A stretch of DNA of 57,141 bases, filler included, from Basidiobolus ranarum (Eukaryota), in the NCBI GenBank assembly GCA_040143965.1. It is 3 parts of 3 records of this genome, joined end to end, with 100 filler letters (N's around TTAATTAATTAA, not from the genome) between each part and the next. Parts side by side here need not be neighbours in the genome. Positions count along the whole stretch, not along the records: positions 19,095 to 38,080 come from JASJQH010000261.1; positions 38,181 to 57,141 come from JASJQH010000262.1; 1 more part is not named here. One strand, written 5' to 3'. A model generated the notes under the pieces. That model saw only the letters and a program-made list of their open reading frames with translations, was not told where the DNA came from and did not search any database. Below are positions 35,081-50,781 of this stretch, in pieces. Position numbers and translations under genes: made by a program. How positions within the stretch are numbered: the first letter of the stretch is position 1; each line of letters opens with the position of its first letter.

Positions 35081-38080
35081 GTACTCGATTTAAACATTGC
35101 AGCAATTAGTATCATGGTTGGGGCTTGAATAACCAACACGAAAGTTTCTTAGATTATGTTATATTAGGACACTTATATCAGGCTCTAGAAGCCGAGTGTA
35201 CTGTTTCAAATGTGGTTAAAGATTTTAATGGGGCATCCGAACATGACAGTGTAATCAATTTATCAATCCATTATAAATAAACGTGAAGTTCAAGGATGTA
35301 CAGCATCTGCTGTTGAGGATCCATAGTTATAAAAGATGTGTACTTTGCACAGGTATCCTGTTAGTATGATCCTAAAATAAATCAAATCCCCCAAAATATA
35401 AGCACCTCTTACATTCACAAGCGATGGTCCGGGTTTGTACTCTGGCGTAAATTCGCCACATAAACTCCATGTAGTATTGATTTATGCCTGCAATAAACAA
35501 TCTTGTTGGAAACAGTAGAGATAATCGAATATCGCTGTCAGAGTATCGTATAGAAGTGCAAACACCCTCAACGGCTTTTTTGTTTGTATTGCACTAATAT
35601 ATCAAGTATCCTAGATTTGTATCGGAATTTGCATCGGCACCTCTGACGATTATGTAGATGAGTATATATGCATATTAATGCAGTAGGAGTTGACCTAAGT
35701 CGAGACTGAAGATGGGAGTTTGTATTCCCATACAGGAAGCTCCACAAGGGAACGAACTTATCTCCATTTGTGTGAAATCCCCAATCATTGAATAATGAAA
35801 AGATTCAGAAGTATCAGATTGCGCTCATCAATGCCTGCCTAATCCGTCACATTGAATAAACATACACACAATATTGGATTATTCAACATCTTCATCCTTC
35901 TCCGGATATAGTCAATTTCTTGTTATCAACAGTGACAATAAAACGTACTTGCCATTGGATATTGCCGAAGTTGGTAATTTAATGGCGAATCCAGATAGGC
36001 CTTATTACAAGCTATAACTGACATGGGAAAGCATGATCAGTGTTCACACAATTTCCAAAGAGTCATTGTGTCTACGAAAAGCTGATTTGAAACGAGTTGG
36101 ACTCACCTTGAGAGGAGGGTATTAGTCGTAGCCAAGGCTGGTGTCAAGACATATCACTAACTAAGGACAAGATGGGTTTCTCATGAATATTGGGTATACA
36201 TGATAAGATTGATCTACATGAAAGATGTAGAATGACTGATTTGGACACTAACGGACTTAAACCCTGAAATGCATGCTTAAAACAAGGTGACCTTGTGCAT
36301 CATGTGTATGGTCATGTATTGCTATCTTGTTTAAGCAATGTTAAGGCCAGATATTGTTCATCGGTTTCAAGATTCTGACCATTCTTTTGGCTTTTCTATG
36401 ATGTTATGGCAGGTAAAAGCAGCTGGATACGAATATTATTAGTCTCTGAGACAACTTGTTGCCGGGCTTGTTATCGGTATTATAGTTATTGGCTTTTGAG
36501 ATTCGAACTGACACGAAAGGAGCATATTGCCATAGGTTGAATCAGCTTCCTATTGCTACCATTCACCAAAACTACTCAGATATATTGAATACTGGCATCA
36601 CTAAGCTGACACTACGATTTTGAGCGTATGTGGCCGAAATACCGTTTTGGTAACAAGTGGCTTCAACTAGCCCAGAATCTCTCTCCAAAAAGGATTTCAT
36701 CACCAAGGTGAATTCTTCAAATGTAATTCATGATCGCAATATTTATAAGAGATTTCACATATTTGCTGAGTTTCGTTCATTCTGGCTCTTTGCACTCGAT
36801 ACTAGAGTCGTCTGGTTGAGAGAGCCTTCAACTGATTGACAATCCTTAACACCTACGTACCAATTAGAAATCAGTGAAGGACTCCGAACATGTTCCCCAA
36901 CAACATACGTGACAGGGCTATATTAGTCAGAAAAATTCCCTGTCTCACATAAACTGCAGCTAATATTAAGTCTCACATTTCCGCTCTCCTCCTGCCGAGA
37001 ATACCTGTAGTTTCCTAGGGCCAATATTGAAAACTGAGCACCGTTTTGCCACCAATGCTGCTGGTATGTATAGATCAGGATCTGAGTCAGTCGGGATTAA
37101 TGGGAATCTGATGGCTACTATACAAGTCCCGTCTCAACATTCAAACCGCTCTTCAAGATCGAATTCCTCGTTTCAGTGTAGAGATGTTGGCTTATTAGAT
37201 CCTTCCATGAATATTTGGAAAGGTAAGTGACACACGACGCTACTCGCCCGATAGCTAAAACTTGATCATGAATTTGGTCTATGTGAAGGATCCTTGGCCC
37301 ACAAAGAAGAGAACTAATGACTAGATCATTCTTGACCATATTGAGTAAATATCGTTATGGCGACAAGATTCGAGATTGGGGGAGGGAGAAACCGGGATTC
37401 TTTAATTGGAACTAAATATAGGTTTAGGTTTATTAATAGTAGACTCCATATATTCTTAATAAATCGAACGAAACAATCCGGAAATTCATAATATTAAGCT
37501 TTTAAACTCAAACAATGGATAAACCTTAATTTCTTTCCTTCAATTCTATATAGGGCAGATGTGGTGGAACCTACTTCGGATGATCTCCGTGCTAATCTTC
37601 TTGTAAGTGAAAGAATTTCCTTTTCACCCATAGTCTAGAGTCAAGTCTCCCCGAACCACTTACGTTGATAAGCTAGACTTACTCCTTATAAGGGTAGGTT
37701 ATTCTATACCTTATTTCCGGCTGTGCTGACGAGTTAGGAGAGACTCTATGGGGTATTCTATGAGGAAATCCTGTCTCCACTGGGCCTCTAGACTTTCTAG
37801 ATTATCAGCCTTGGTAGGCTTGTTGATGTACTGAATTAATAGTATGCTCATAATTCACCAAAACATTATGATCAGGAGAGAACATTGGTATTCACCTGTA
37901 GCTTCCTACATCATACAGATGATCACTAGACACAATTCCATATCACTAACAAGTAGCCAATCTCCAGATGACTTATTTGTAGCTTCATTATATGACGAAA
38001 GATCACGAAAAGCGAGGGGGTTCTTGCTCAAATGAAATGATTATTTGAGTCGAACGTTAATTAAAGCGTGGTACTGATCA

Positions 38081-38180
38081 NNNNNNNNNNNNNNNNNNNN
38101 NNNNNNNNNNNNNNNNNNNNNNNNTTAATTAATTAANNNNNNNNNNNNNNNNNNNNNNNNNNNNNNNNNNNNNNNNNNNN
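38081..38180. other. Assembly gap with artificial linker
   Basis: 44 N + TTAATTAATTAA + 44 N. Confidence 0.98.
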
Positions 38181-39740
38181 GGTCTGAATGTATCTTTTGT
38201 TCTGTTCTGTTTTAATCATGGCCGGCCAGTTTTATTATCTTCAGTGAATACCTTTGTATCAATCTTCCTCTTGGTGTTCTCATTTTGAAAGAATAAAGAA
38301 TGTTACTATCATCACAACTCTTGGCCATTGGAGAGGTTATATCATTTGCTAGTGGCAACAGCATTAGCGTTGAGTGTCTTTGTTTGTATTTGAAATTGTA
38401 GGGATTTATTGGATGGCAATGATATTCAATAGCTCAGTTTAAGGTTATGCAAATGTCATAGAGGCACCAACTTCTCTGTTCCAATGATTTTAGAATCCGG
38501 ATAAGCGATGGGGCCAATTAGCAACAAATTGGGGAACGTCGATCACCTAAACAATTCTGGAGGGACTTGCGCATGAAGAATTCGCTTGCAATACTGACTC
38601 TTGGGATATACCTGAACAACGCCTGACCCTTCCTCAAAGCCATCGCATGGCGTAGAGTCCACATTACTAGTCCAGATGGTTGATGAGATCGATGCTGCTG
38701 TTATTCTCTTTGTTCGTGGGAGCCATTCTTGATCACGAATTTTGCAGTCACTTCGCTAACACCAATCCCCAATGCTTGTACAACCATTATCAGCTCCATT
38801 CCAATCTCCTATTCGGTCCCCAAGTTTCCCCGCCTGAAACCGCTCTGACAGGCCATAGCTTGCACAAAATGGACCGGCAACAAATGGCACGACTGCAGCC
38901 ATTCCAACAATCGATTCTATTGATCAAACCATTTATTGCAATATCACTTCCCAGCACTGTTTTGTTAGCCATTGAAACTTCATCTCCTGGAGATTGGCTT
39001 CCATCCCTACCACATATTCCCATCCATGTGACCAGCTAGTTGATATCTCGTGCGCCTTGGCTTAGCCGAACCTAGCTAGATCCCTCTGCTTATGGCTCAT
39101 TTCTACAAGTTGTTGGATAAATGGATGCTCGTTGGGTGACTAAAGTTCGTTAGACGCATTATATATCAGTCAGGTCCACTGACCCAATCAATTCAGCTCA
39201 ACAGCCTCGATCATAGCTTAGATTGAGTCACATGAGAGAGCTTAGGGGTATTGTGACGAAGGGACTCGAGTGCTTTTACATTGTATTCTGCGATCGAGAA
39301 ATGCACCCAAGGTGACTTGGGAATCATGATACCTTTGAATATGGAGATTTATCTAGGGCAATGATCTTGCTACTTCCAGTGCTACCCCATTCACTAGTGC
39401 TCCTTTGTGATTGAGCGAATCTCTCTCACCCAAATAATCTGCATTTCCACATTTTATCAGGGTAATGTTCAACGGGGAAACTACAATACAGCACAAATAA
39501 ATTCGAGTGCATTGGAAATCTTAAGAAACGTTAGAGTCACCCTTGATTTGCTGGATTTAGTAATTGGTAGCAACCTCTGCAGTATCTCAATTATTACCTA
39601 TTTATATTTATTGGTGGATTCATACTAAGTGAGACCATGATAAAACTCGTCATTTGAACTTTTTTACTGGATATTGGCTTTAATCACACTTCAAAAGAGC
39701 CTCTAATCAAAGAACGTTTTTTGAAACTGCAAACTCACAT

Positions 39741-41567
<1,827 letters not shown>

Positions 41568-42149
41568 GAGAACAGTTGCATTGTAACACTTCAACATTCT
41601 ATTTCATATTAGACGGATGCTGAGCATTTCATTTAGTGGAGACTTCATATTCTCATTTAAAAGCTTCATTTGGATACACATCTCTCTCACTCACCCTTGT
41701 CACTGAATCCTACTCATTCCACCAGCAATACCTGATCGCTTCCTGTAGCTTTATTAAATATAAAAGGATTCTATCCGTTTCTAAACATTATGAAATCTCC
41801 AAGAGATCTTTCTAATCATGGGTCATCGTTTATTGACCTAAAAGCCGTGTCGATGTGGATGTGGGTTTATCTACACACATTAGTTGAACAAAAAAAGCAA
41901 GATCTTCATCCTTCAATATTCTCAGTGATTCACAACAAAAGGTGCCGATTCGTGTCTACATTTACGATAACAATCATCGATATTGGTTGTAGGTGACGGC
42001 AAGGCAAAGAAGGTTTAGAAAGGAATGATTTCACATTAGATTAGATTTGGCTATCCTGAATATTGTGTACAGTGGTATAACTTATTCGGGGGGCTTTAAG
42101 CTGTATCAAGTAATTTTGTGGTTTGTTACTATAATTATGTACATAGTCA

Positions 42150-42483
42150 AAGCTCATGGAGATACTGTCACATTTAATGTAACTTTACCAGAATCTTCGG
42201 CACGTACAAGTAGCCTTTTTTGGCGAATGCTCGTGTTTTCATTCATTTGAGATATTCTAATCCCTAAATGTGTGTAACTCTACTTCATATTCCAACAGTA
42301 AACCTTACAACGAATCCTATAGATTGCGCTCTCCTCCTCTTCCCCTGCATTATTCTTAACTAATTCTTGGTTACCTTGGCTATTCCGGTTACTATCGTCG
42401 ATCTCAGTATTAGGCTGTGGTGAAGTAGTTGTAAAGAAGGTGAAACCAGCTCCGAATATTGAAGGTGTTGTCAAGGCACTCAC
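42150..42483 (-). pseudogene. Degenerate Ran-binding-domain (RanBP1/Nup2-like) fragment
   Basis: GEEEESAIYRIRCKVY...*...KRLLVRAEDSGKVTLNVTVSP* resembles a RanBD but has in-frame stops. Confidence 0.5.
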
Positions 42484-43490
42484 GAGATATTGCTTGCTTC
42501 AGAGTCGGTGTGGTTAAATTACTAGTTGAACTACTATTAAAGTTAACTAAGCGTAGTCTTTCAACTACCACTATATTTTGGGGTATATTGGAGTTTTTTG
42601 AACCCCTCCGCCTCAGGAGTGAAGAGATATTTGAATAAGTCTCTAAGCGGTTAGAGTGTAGGAACGGATCCAGGAACACCTCTAAAGGTAAATCTACTGA
42701 AAAGCGACGGTGCAAAAAGTGTGAAAATACCTGAAACAATCAATATATACAGCTTAGGAAGTAAACCATTGAAGAAACAATTCAACCGAAGTGTATGTTC
42801 TCAAGTAAAAATTTGAAAACAAACCTCAGCTCTTGTAGAAACTGGTTTTTTGAGACAATAATCTTCTCTCACCCCTCAATAACTAAGATTAAAACCCAGT
42901 CTCCATGTGAAAATACAGCGTATTGTATGACTATTTATGTGCTTTCATGCTACATTTTTATCTGTGAAGACTTGACGGAATTCGAACATTCAATTAGTTG
43001 ATTCAACACCTATGCGACAAATGAGCTAAGACCATCTAAGTAAACTATGGCTTAGCTTTCGTGAAGATAAAGTAAAAATAACGATATGTTACTGGGAGGA
43101 TAAGAAATATGGTCAAAAGTTTGATCAGCGATCTATGTAATTCATGCCCACACCAACGTAATCTAATTTATTAGTTCAAATAATGATTAGTTGGTAAACT
43201 CTTTTGTCCTGGTGCATGCATCTGATCAAATACCTGAGCATCATAATTTCATGACGTTTTTAAAGACTGTGAAGTTTATTATCAGAGCTAGAACAATCAT
43301 GGTGATCTTACCTTTGATTTGATCAGGTAGCTAAGTTTTGGGAAATCTAGTATATATGTATTGATTTAAGGAGAGATAATTTTACCCGTTCAATGTATAT
43401 ATATATAGTTGAAACAACGCTTAAGAAGTTCAATGAAGTTATAATTCTTAACCATTTGTAACAGAACCTTACCACCAATATCTGTAGACA

Positions 43491-44108
43491 ATGAGTTCGG
43501 AAGACGATAAACTTATGGAGGCATCGCTTCGTGAGGCTACCAAGAATATGCTCATATCAGATGGAGTTTCTAGTACTCATCCGGTCAAATGTTATGAACT
43601 TGACTTGAATATGGGCAAGTCACAAGATATCGACAATTCACGAACCCTCGACTTATTAAAGGAGACTAAAGGGAGTTTTTATTACCGCTTGACTACGAAC
43701 ACTATCAGGGGCTCTAGTTGGTTGAAAAAACTGAACCAGGCTGTTTGGCCTTACTTGGTACCGGAAATTGAACAGGTCTTCCCAGAGTTAACCAAGATTA
43801 TTTTGTTCGAGGACTTTCCAAAAAATTACGGCTTGTATTTACATATCACCCAGAAAAAAGAGCAATTAAATACGAACAAATTTAGAACAGACGCATACCT
43901 TTTCGGTCATCCTCAAAAAAAGAAATTTCGTTCCCCTAACGAGTTTTTACCTCACTTCTTATGGTTATTAGCCGGCGGTACAGAAAGTGGTAGTGAATGT
44001 TTTTGTCAATATTGTAATAGTAAAAACTCCCGTACTCCCAAGCGCAACGCTACCCTTATAAACACTCCAAAAGGAAAAAAGGCTAAGATTCTTAACCTTT
44101 CACCTTAG
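43491..44108 (+). CDS. Clr2 N-terminal (transcription-silencing) domain protein
   Basis: DFPKNYGLYLH...RTDAYLFGHPQKKKFRSPNEFLPHFLWL...CFCQYC matches the fungal Clr2-N signature as I recall it; basic C-terminal tail. Confidence 0.75.
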   Translation: MSSEDDKLMEASLREATKNMLISDGVSSTHPVKCYELDLNMGKSQDIDNSRTLDLLKETKGSFYYRLTTNTIRGSSWLKKLNQAVWPYLVPEIEQVFPELTKIILFEDFPKNYGLYLHITQKKEQLNTNKFRTDAYLFGHPQKKKFRSPNEFLPHFLWLLAGGTESGSECFCQYCNSKNSRTPKRNATLINTPKGKKAKILNLSP

Positions 44109-44647
44109 CTTTATACTTCTCTTGTATAAGCAGGGACTCAATTCGTTTTAGGAACTATAGGACCTACTACCATTTGCTGTAATTTTTTTAATTTTAGTTT
44201 GAATTTTCTTTTTAAAAGTTGTATTCGACAGCCAAGAATTCATTCTGGATGTTTTCTGTAAATCTACCCTTGCTTAGGTCTTCCCCATATGTAGCTGTGA
44301 TAGACAGTCTTGTCTTGTTTGAAGAGAACACCAGTCTCCGTTTCTTTACATATTGATTTGGCTGCACACCATTCTATCACAACAATATATTAAAGTGTTG
44401 AATCGATTTTATAGAGCAGTTGATTTGAAGACTTGCTATCTAATCAAGTTGGTTTAATGTTATTAAAGAATTATTGGTGAAATAATGATTTGTATTTATA
44501 TGCTTGCTCTCCTATAATACAATATCGAGCATCGGTTTCCTTTAGGTATGTGGGTGGGTTAATCGGCATCAAGATGTTGGAAATCCAAACTTGGTAATCA
44601 TCGAGCTAACTCGAATGGACACTTCCATAGGGACTTGCTACGAATAA

Positions 44648-47433
44648 TTAGTCTATCTTTAAATTCTTGGCTACATAGCGTCGTGCCAGAATGACGCAAA
44701 CGACACTAAGAATACACACCAACACTCCAACGACTAATTCGATCACTTGCGAGCTATTTGAAGATACTAGGAATAGTTGAAATCCTACAGGATCCCACCT
44801 AACATTAGACAATGGTAAGGTTAAAGAAAAACCAGAACCAATATTTATACGTTACTTACGTGCTCTCAGTCCATACTGGCTTGGAGCTATCGCTAACTAT
44901 GAACCGCCCCTCCTCAGTTAATTTCAGGCCTGTTCCGTAAGCATCATGGAATTTCGTCAATGAGGATATGCAGGTCCCTGCTAAACAGGATTGCTCATCC
45001 TAAAAAACCAACATTGGTAAATAAGTCAATTGGACCCGGTCACCAAGGCTACTTCATCACTTCACCTTACAATCCGACCGTTGCTTACACCCAGGGCCTC
45101 TTTCGGAAGCTGTGAGATTTGACATAAAATAATAGAGGAACGTCGATTGTACATTTGGTTGACCCATTTGAAACACTCCAGGATAGTAACTTAGTCGTCC
45201 AATGTTCGACACTAAATATATCAAATGTTAATTCAATCCAGTTGTATTTATAAACGATTCACTCAAATACTGCTTACTTGAATAGAATCTGTTAACAAGC
45301 GGGCAAGAGAAGTTTTGCCCAAAACAATGTAGCAATTCCTGTACCTACAAAGAAGGTTTTAAATATCTTCAGGTTTGCACGGAATTACATTGAAAATTAC
45401 CAGTGTGCAGTTGGCTTGTATCGTTGAGGTATCCAAGTTCAAGTTTCCGGAAGCTTGAACAAGAGTGGATTTGGCAACAGTGGTCGCTACACTGCAGATC
45501 GAGTTTTTGACGAGCTCCATGTCTTGTCCATTGTCAAACATGCTATTGTAATATCTAACAAACTATGGTTAGCCGTGAACCTAATGTTGGAGTGTATACC
45601 CATAACGCGAACCTGTTCACTTCAGAGCGAAAATCAGTGATAACTGCTGCGGGGATTGCCTTTTTTTTTAAGAAAGACATCACACTAGCAGGTGGTAGGC
45701 CTCTATAAACATTGTCTGAATCGGCAAGTATTATGTTTCCATTAGATTGTTTAGCAATCAAATTAGCTAATGAAATATTCGAGGTACTATTGTCATTTTT
45801 ATGAATAAAAAAGGTGGAATCCTTCGATGCGGAGCCACTTTTTCCTATCTGATTCAGTTCAATGATACTATCAATATTCTCAAAGTTGATCTTTGTAAAC
45901 TCATTGTCTCTAATGCAAGGATATTCACATGTAGCCTTGATGTATGGACAGCCATTGGTTGCTTTGGAAAAAGGTTTTTGACAAGTAAAAGCCGTGCTTA
46001 TATCCTGGACAAATCTTGATGACCCGCTGTATCCCCATGACTCCGCGTTAAAAAATGTATATAAAATATGTTTGGGAAGAGATGTAATCATAGTGGGATT
46101 CTATTGAAAAGAGTACGTTAGTTTGTTATTCATAGCATCATATTTGTTTGACTACTACCTTTGAAAGTGCATCGGCAACGGCCATCAACCCAATCATTCC
46201 AGATAAGTTATTGTCAACCCCAAAGGCCAGGTCATGAAAAAAACTATTACTATCCATTGCTGCAGATAACACTACAATGGGTTTTCCGTCATTGTGTTGA
46301 ATATTTGAAGATAGAGTAGAATACACGGAGAACCCGCCCACCGGTGTGCAAAAACCTATTTCAAGTCTCTCAATTAATCATCTATACGACGTATCAATAT
46401 GAATAATTATCCACGCTACCTCTTCGAAGACACGTTTCAGAGTTAGTGGTAGCATACATAAATGAATTGAATTGTACTGCCTTGAGTGGATGCTCGAACT
46501 GCTTCAAAGCATTATCTTCTGCAGCCTAGAAGAACGTTAATCAAGAGTCAGCGGTGATTTCAACTGAAAAGGTATAAAATGTTTACTGCTACCTTTAAAA
46601 CCAAATGCAATGTATCGTTTGACTTGGTGTCGATGCCATTAATTGCGAATATTGGGAAATTATACGAGTCATACATCATTCCATTTCCCTAGGAGTAAGA
46701 ACTATGTTAGACACAGATGATATAATATAATATGGAAATGTATTGTTTGAGAACCTTCGGATTCCAAATATATGCATTATTATCATTAGCATACAAGCTG
46801 GATGCTTGATTAGGAGTTTTCAAATCGGTTGAAAATCCCTCCAGTTTCGATGCTGAAACTTCGCCAGATACGACGATCCCACTGACCTTGGAGGTGTCCT
46901 TGAGTGTCTTAAGGTTCTCACTAAAGGTAAATTCTAAATTGGCCTACAGACTTAAGAAATATGGTATATTGTTAGGATTTTACCTGGTAAATAGCTCTGC
47001 CGGTAAAATAACCGCATATTTTTCTTTAGGACTGCTATCTACAAAGTGTGTGATGTCGTTTTGGTTTTCAATTCTATACAATACACCGGTTGTTCCTGAT
47101 TTAGCTATTAAACAAGGAGAAATGTTACACTCAGGTTCTCGAAAATAGCATCGTTACTCTCTTTAACCTTGACAGCCAATGGTGCCGGAGGCGTTCAATA
47201 AGCGAACACAAGGAAAACCAAGCAGATCTTTGTAAATATTATCGTAAAAGCCAGATACACTCAAAACTAAAAATAGTAAGTCCAGTAAGTTATCAATAAA
47301 ATAGTAATACTTCTTTAAGTTATCTGGTGGTAAATATATTCTGGTCAACAGTTACTATCAAGGACATAAAGATTCATGTACCTATTGGCAATATAGAACA
47401 CCACCCTAATACAAGTAAGATGGTTCGAAGCAT
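44648..47433 (-). CDS. NCSTN: Nicastrin (gamma-secretase subunit) homolog
   Basis: Signal peptide; PCVRLLNASGTIGCQ; WNPKGNG; CLRR...C.PVGGFSV; AAMDSNSFFHDLAFG; FNAESWGYSGSSRF (DYIGS-equivalent region); LPPAS; WTES before a C-terminal TM helix; many introns. Confidence 0.9.
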
Positions 47434-48171
47434 TATTCAATGTTGTAGTTAAGAAGCGTTCTAGAGTCACTATGGCTGATGTCTCCCTACATAGAGTAAC
47501 CGCGCATTAAATGCCATAATAAAAAAATGGGAAATATATTGCATTTACTTTTGATTAACATAGTTCGATAAAAAAGGTCATGCAATCTCATGTGTAATTG
47601 TATATTAATATGGCGCATGTTTGCCAATATAACTGGTGTCACCTTATTCTATTAAACATGCTGTGATCGGAAAGCACAAATTTGTGGGTACATTCATAGA
47701 CACATTCAGTAGTGAATAGCCTGTATATTCTTTTTGTACTGTTGGATCTACTCCATGACAGTTGGATATTCCAAGCTTAACAACAATATGTATGGAGATT
47801 CAGTGACAATCCTCAAAGTAAATATTCACTGATCGACTTTTTAGTATATTAAAAGATGCTTTTACGATGGCATACTGCCCAAGGACAAACGAAGTCTGAG
47901 CACTATAATTCTGTTAGTAGTTCTGACTATTAAAAATTGGGGCTAGGGTTTCCCTTAAATGTCTGAATTGTAGTAGGTGTGATGGCGGTTGTCCATTATT
48001 TTAAATGATCATTTGATTCCTGACCCTTTTTTTTTTTAGGGGAAAGATGAAGGGCTGGAAAATAATTACGATATTTCGCAACAATCTGAATGGGTGGCCA
48101 TTTTCGTGTGCTTCAAACAGAAATTACATTTATTTTATATTTATATCTTAGATAATTCTTGAAAGCGCGTT

Positions 48172-50242
48172 ATGTCTTCTGAACATCCTGCTGATCAAGC
48201 AAATTCTTCTACGCCAAATTCAGTCCAAAATATAGAAACACAATCTCCTATCTCAAAAACTACCACTCCATATACTACTACAAGTCAAATTGATCCTCAA
48301 CGAACGCTCGCAAATCTACATACAACTATGTCTCAACAACCATCACAATCTACCAATCAACCCTTCAGGCCAAATTCACAACAAGCCGCTGCACAAAAAC
48401 AGATTCCTACTGGTTCAGATAAGATTGGAAGTTCCAATACTCCACAACAAAATCTATCTATGAATCCGCAACTGTCGACATTAGCACAACAGATTTTAGC
48501 ACAAAACGCAAAAGGCGCAACTTCTACTACTCCCATTCAGCCACGTATGCAACAGCAACCAACTTTGTCACAAAAATTAGCTTCACAATTAGGCCAACCA
48601 ACCAACCAGTTTTTATCACATCAAGCTCTCGCTGCGGCTCAAAATAAAAACAAACGTGGACCCAAACCAAAGCCTAAACCATCCACTAGTTTACCAGCAC
48701 ATACCCTAAATACACTCCCTGCCCAAGCTGCTCAATTACTACAGGCTGCGAACATTACAGCTGCGCAAAAGCAACAGTTTGCCCAACTGGTCCAGAGCAA
48801 GATCAACCAAAATCCAACTAACCCCCCTGTTAGACCAAATACTTTGAACAATAATAGAGTGGCAGCAGCTCCTGGTATTAACACTAATAGAACGGTTTTA
48901 TCTTCACTTTTACGCTCAGTGTCTAATCCAGCAACGCAGCCACACCAGGCAACTCGTCAAGCCCAAAGTATCGTGGAGAAATTGCGCCAAAATATTCTTA
49001 GGGTGAGACAAACTTTGCAGAGAAGTGATCTTTCTCCAGAAGATAGAGAAAAGTTTGAAAAAGATGAGGCAAATAATACTAGATACATTGCATTGTTCGA
49101 AAGTTTATCCCCTCAAACAACTGCAGCTACGTTAGACACGGAAGGTAAGGCCATTTCATAATTTGTCACCATCATTCAGAATGATCTATGTGAGAGAAAC
49201 ACGGTGTTACCTCTTGAGTTGACATGGATATAGAGCAGTGGCCGGGAGCTGATTGATTTAATGGCTAATCTTTAATGTCACATGAGATCCACACTGAGAA
49301 TGAAGTTTGTTTTATATATCTAACGTATTTTTTGTTCTCAATGTAGCAAGCGCAAGTGCAGCCAACCCAAATGTAGTCGCACAATCCATCAAGCCAGCCA
49401 CACCAGTGGGACTGCGGAGAATCTCTTCACCATCACCACAGCTAGTATCGTCGTTAAAATCTAATACGAACATATCAGTTGCACCAGGACTTTCAGGGGT
49501 ATCCAGTGTTAGTGGACAGACTCATCCTACATTAAGCACTCCCCTCAAAACTGCCACTCCAATGCCAATGCAGATGCCAAAGCCTATAGCCCCTACGGTG
49601 ACAGCAATGCCTGTACAATACTCCAATGGTCTCAGCCTACCAGGTACACCGACATCACTCAGGCCTACACCGTTAGATATTGAGAACAATGGACAACTAT
49701 TATCCAAACGCAAGATTCAAGAGTTGGTGGGTCAAATCGATCCCAATGAAAGATTAGAATCGGAAGTTGAAGATGTAAGTAAAAACTACATATTTGGTGA
49801 AAAAAAAACCACCGCTCATGTTCGATAATTATGATTCAATAGATTCTCTTAGAAGTCGCGGATGAGTTCATCGAATCGGTCACCAATTTCGCTTGTCGTT
49901 TAGCTAAACACCGAAAATCCAATACATTAGAAGTTAAAGATCTTCAGATACATCTTGGTTAGTAGATCTGTGAAATCCCTTCTTCAACCGCAACTCAAGT
50001 TCATTTTCTTGCTATCTTTAGAACGCAATTGGAATATTCGTGTACCAGGATTCGCTAGTGATGATATTAGATCACTCCGAAAACCCAACATTCCTTCGTC
50101 ACATCAACAGAAGATCAATGCTATTAGTACTGTGAAAGCGCAAGCAGCTCTGGGTATTCTCCCAACTACACAAAATACCACCACGACGACAGTCCCAGCA
50201 ACGAGTGCAACCAATGTGATACAAAACCCCCCAAAAGAGTAA
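48172..50242 (+). CDS. TAF12: TFIID/SAGA subunit TAF12
   Basis: Q/P/N-rich N-terminus, then histone fold [14 protein letters not shown]...[26 protein letters not shown]...[12 protein letters not shown]; three introns. Confidence 0.93.
49172..49303 (+). ncRNA. Candidate intronic snoRNA in TAF12 intron 1
   Basis: 202-nt intron with hairpin - AGAGCA (ANANNA) - hairpin, an ACA/CTGA near the end, and a flanking TCATTC/GAATGA stem. Confidence 0.35.
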
Positions 50243-50781
50243 GTACTAATTTACTTTCAAGAAATGCCAAAACCGGTACTAATATATTAATATCTCACCT
50301 GTAATCATCATCAGTTAAGAGCAGAGACGAATTGCTTAGTATAAGTGGAACCATGTTTAGTTATTTATCTATATAAGAAAATCCTCTCCTTTTTTATTTT
50401 AAGCTCGCCAACATCCTCTTCCTTTTCTTTTGTAATAAAAACAGAGACCATATTATTAAAGTAGATTTCACTTCAATCAGTAATATGACGCTATTGCCTA
50501 GCTCGGTAGGTCATACAAACATTTGCTAGAATAGAATGCAAATGCCATAAGGCTTGCCGATGGCTTAGTTGCAAAGATCGCTTTGAAAAAAGAAAGCTTG
50601 TGGTTTTGATTTTATTGATTGTATTCTATTGACCAATATCATAATATGCTCCAAATATTGGGATGACTTTAGAGGTCATTTGTATGTAACGCCATTTCAT
50701 TGAAATCCAAACCTAAGACTCGATGAAAAGAAACCCTGACATGGGCATAATGTAAGCAAGCGAGTTTCTTGTTTCTTGCTG

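Noticed and set aside
35100-39600. Short ORFs as retroelement or gene remnants
   Set aside because: No RT, integrase, protease or other recognisable motif; left unannotated.
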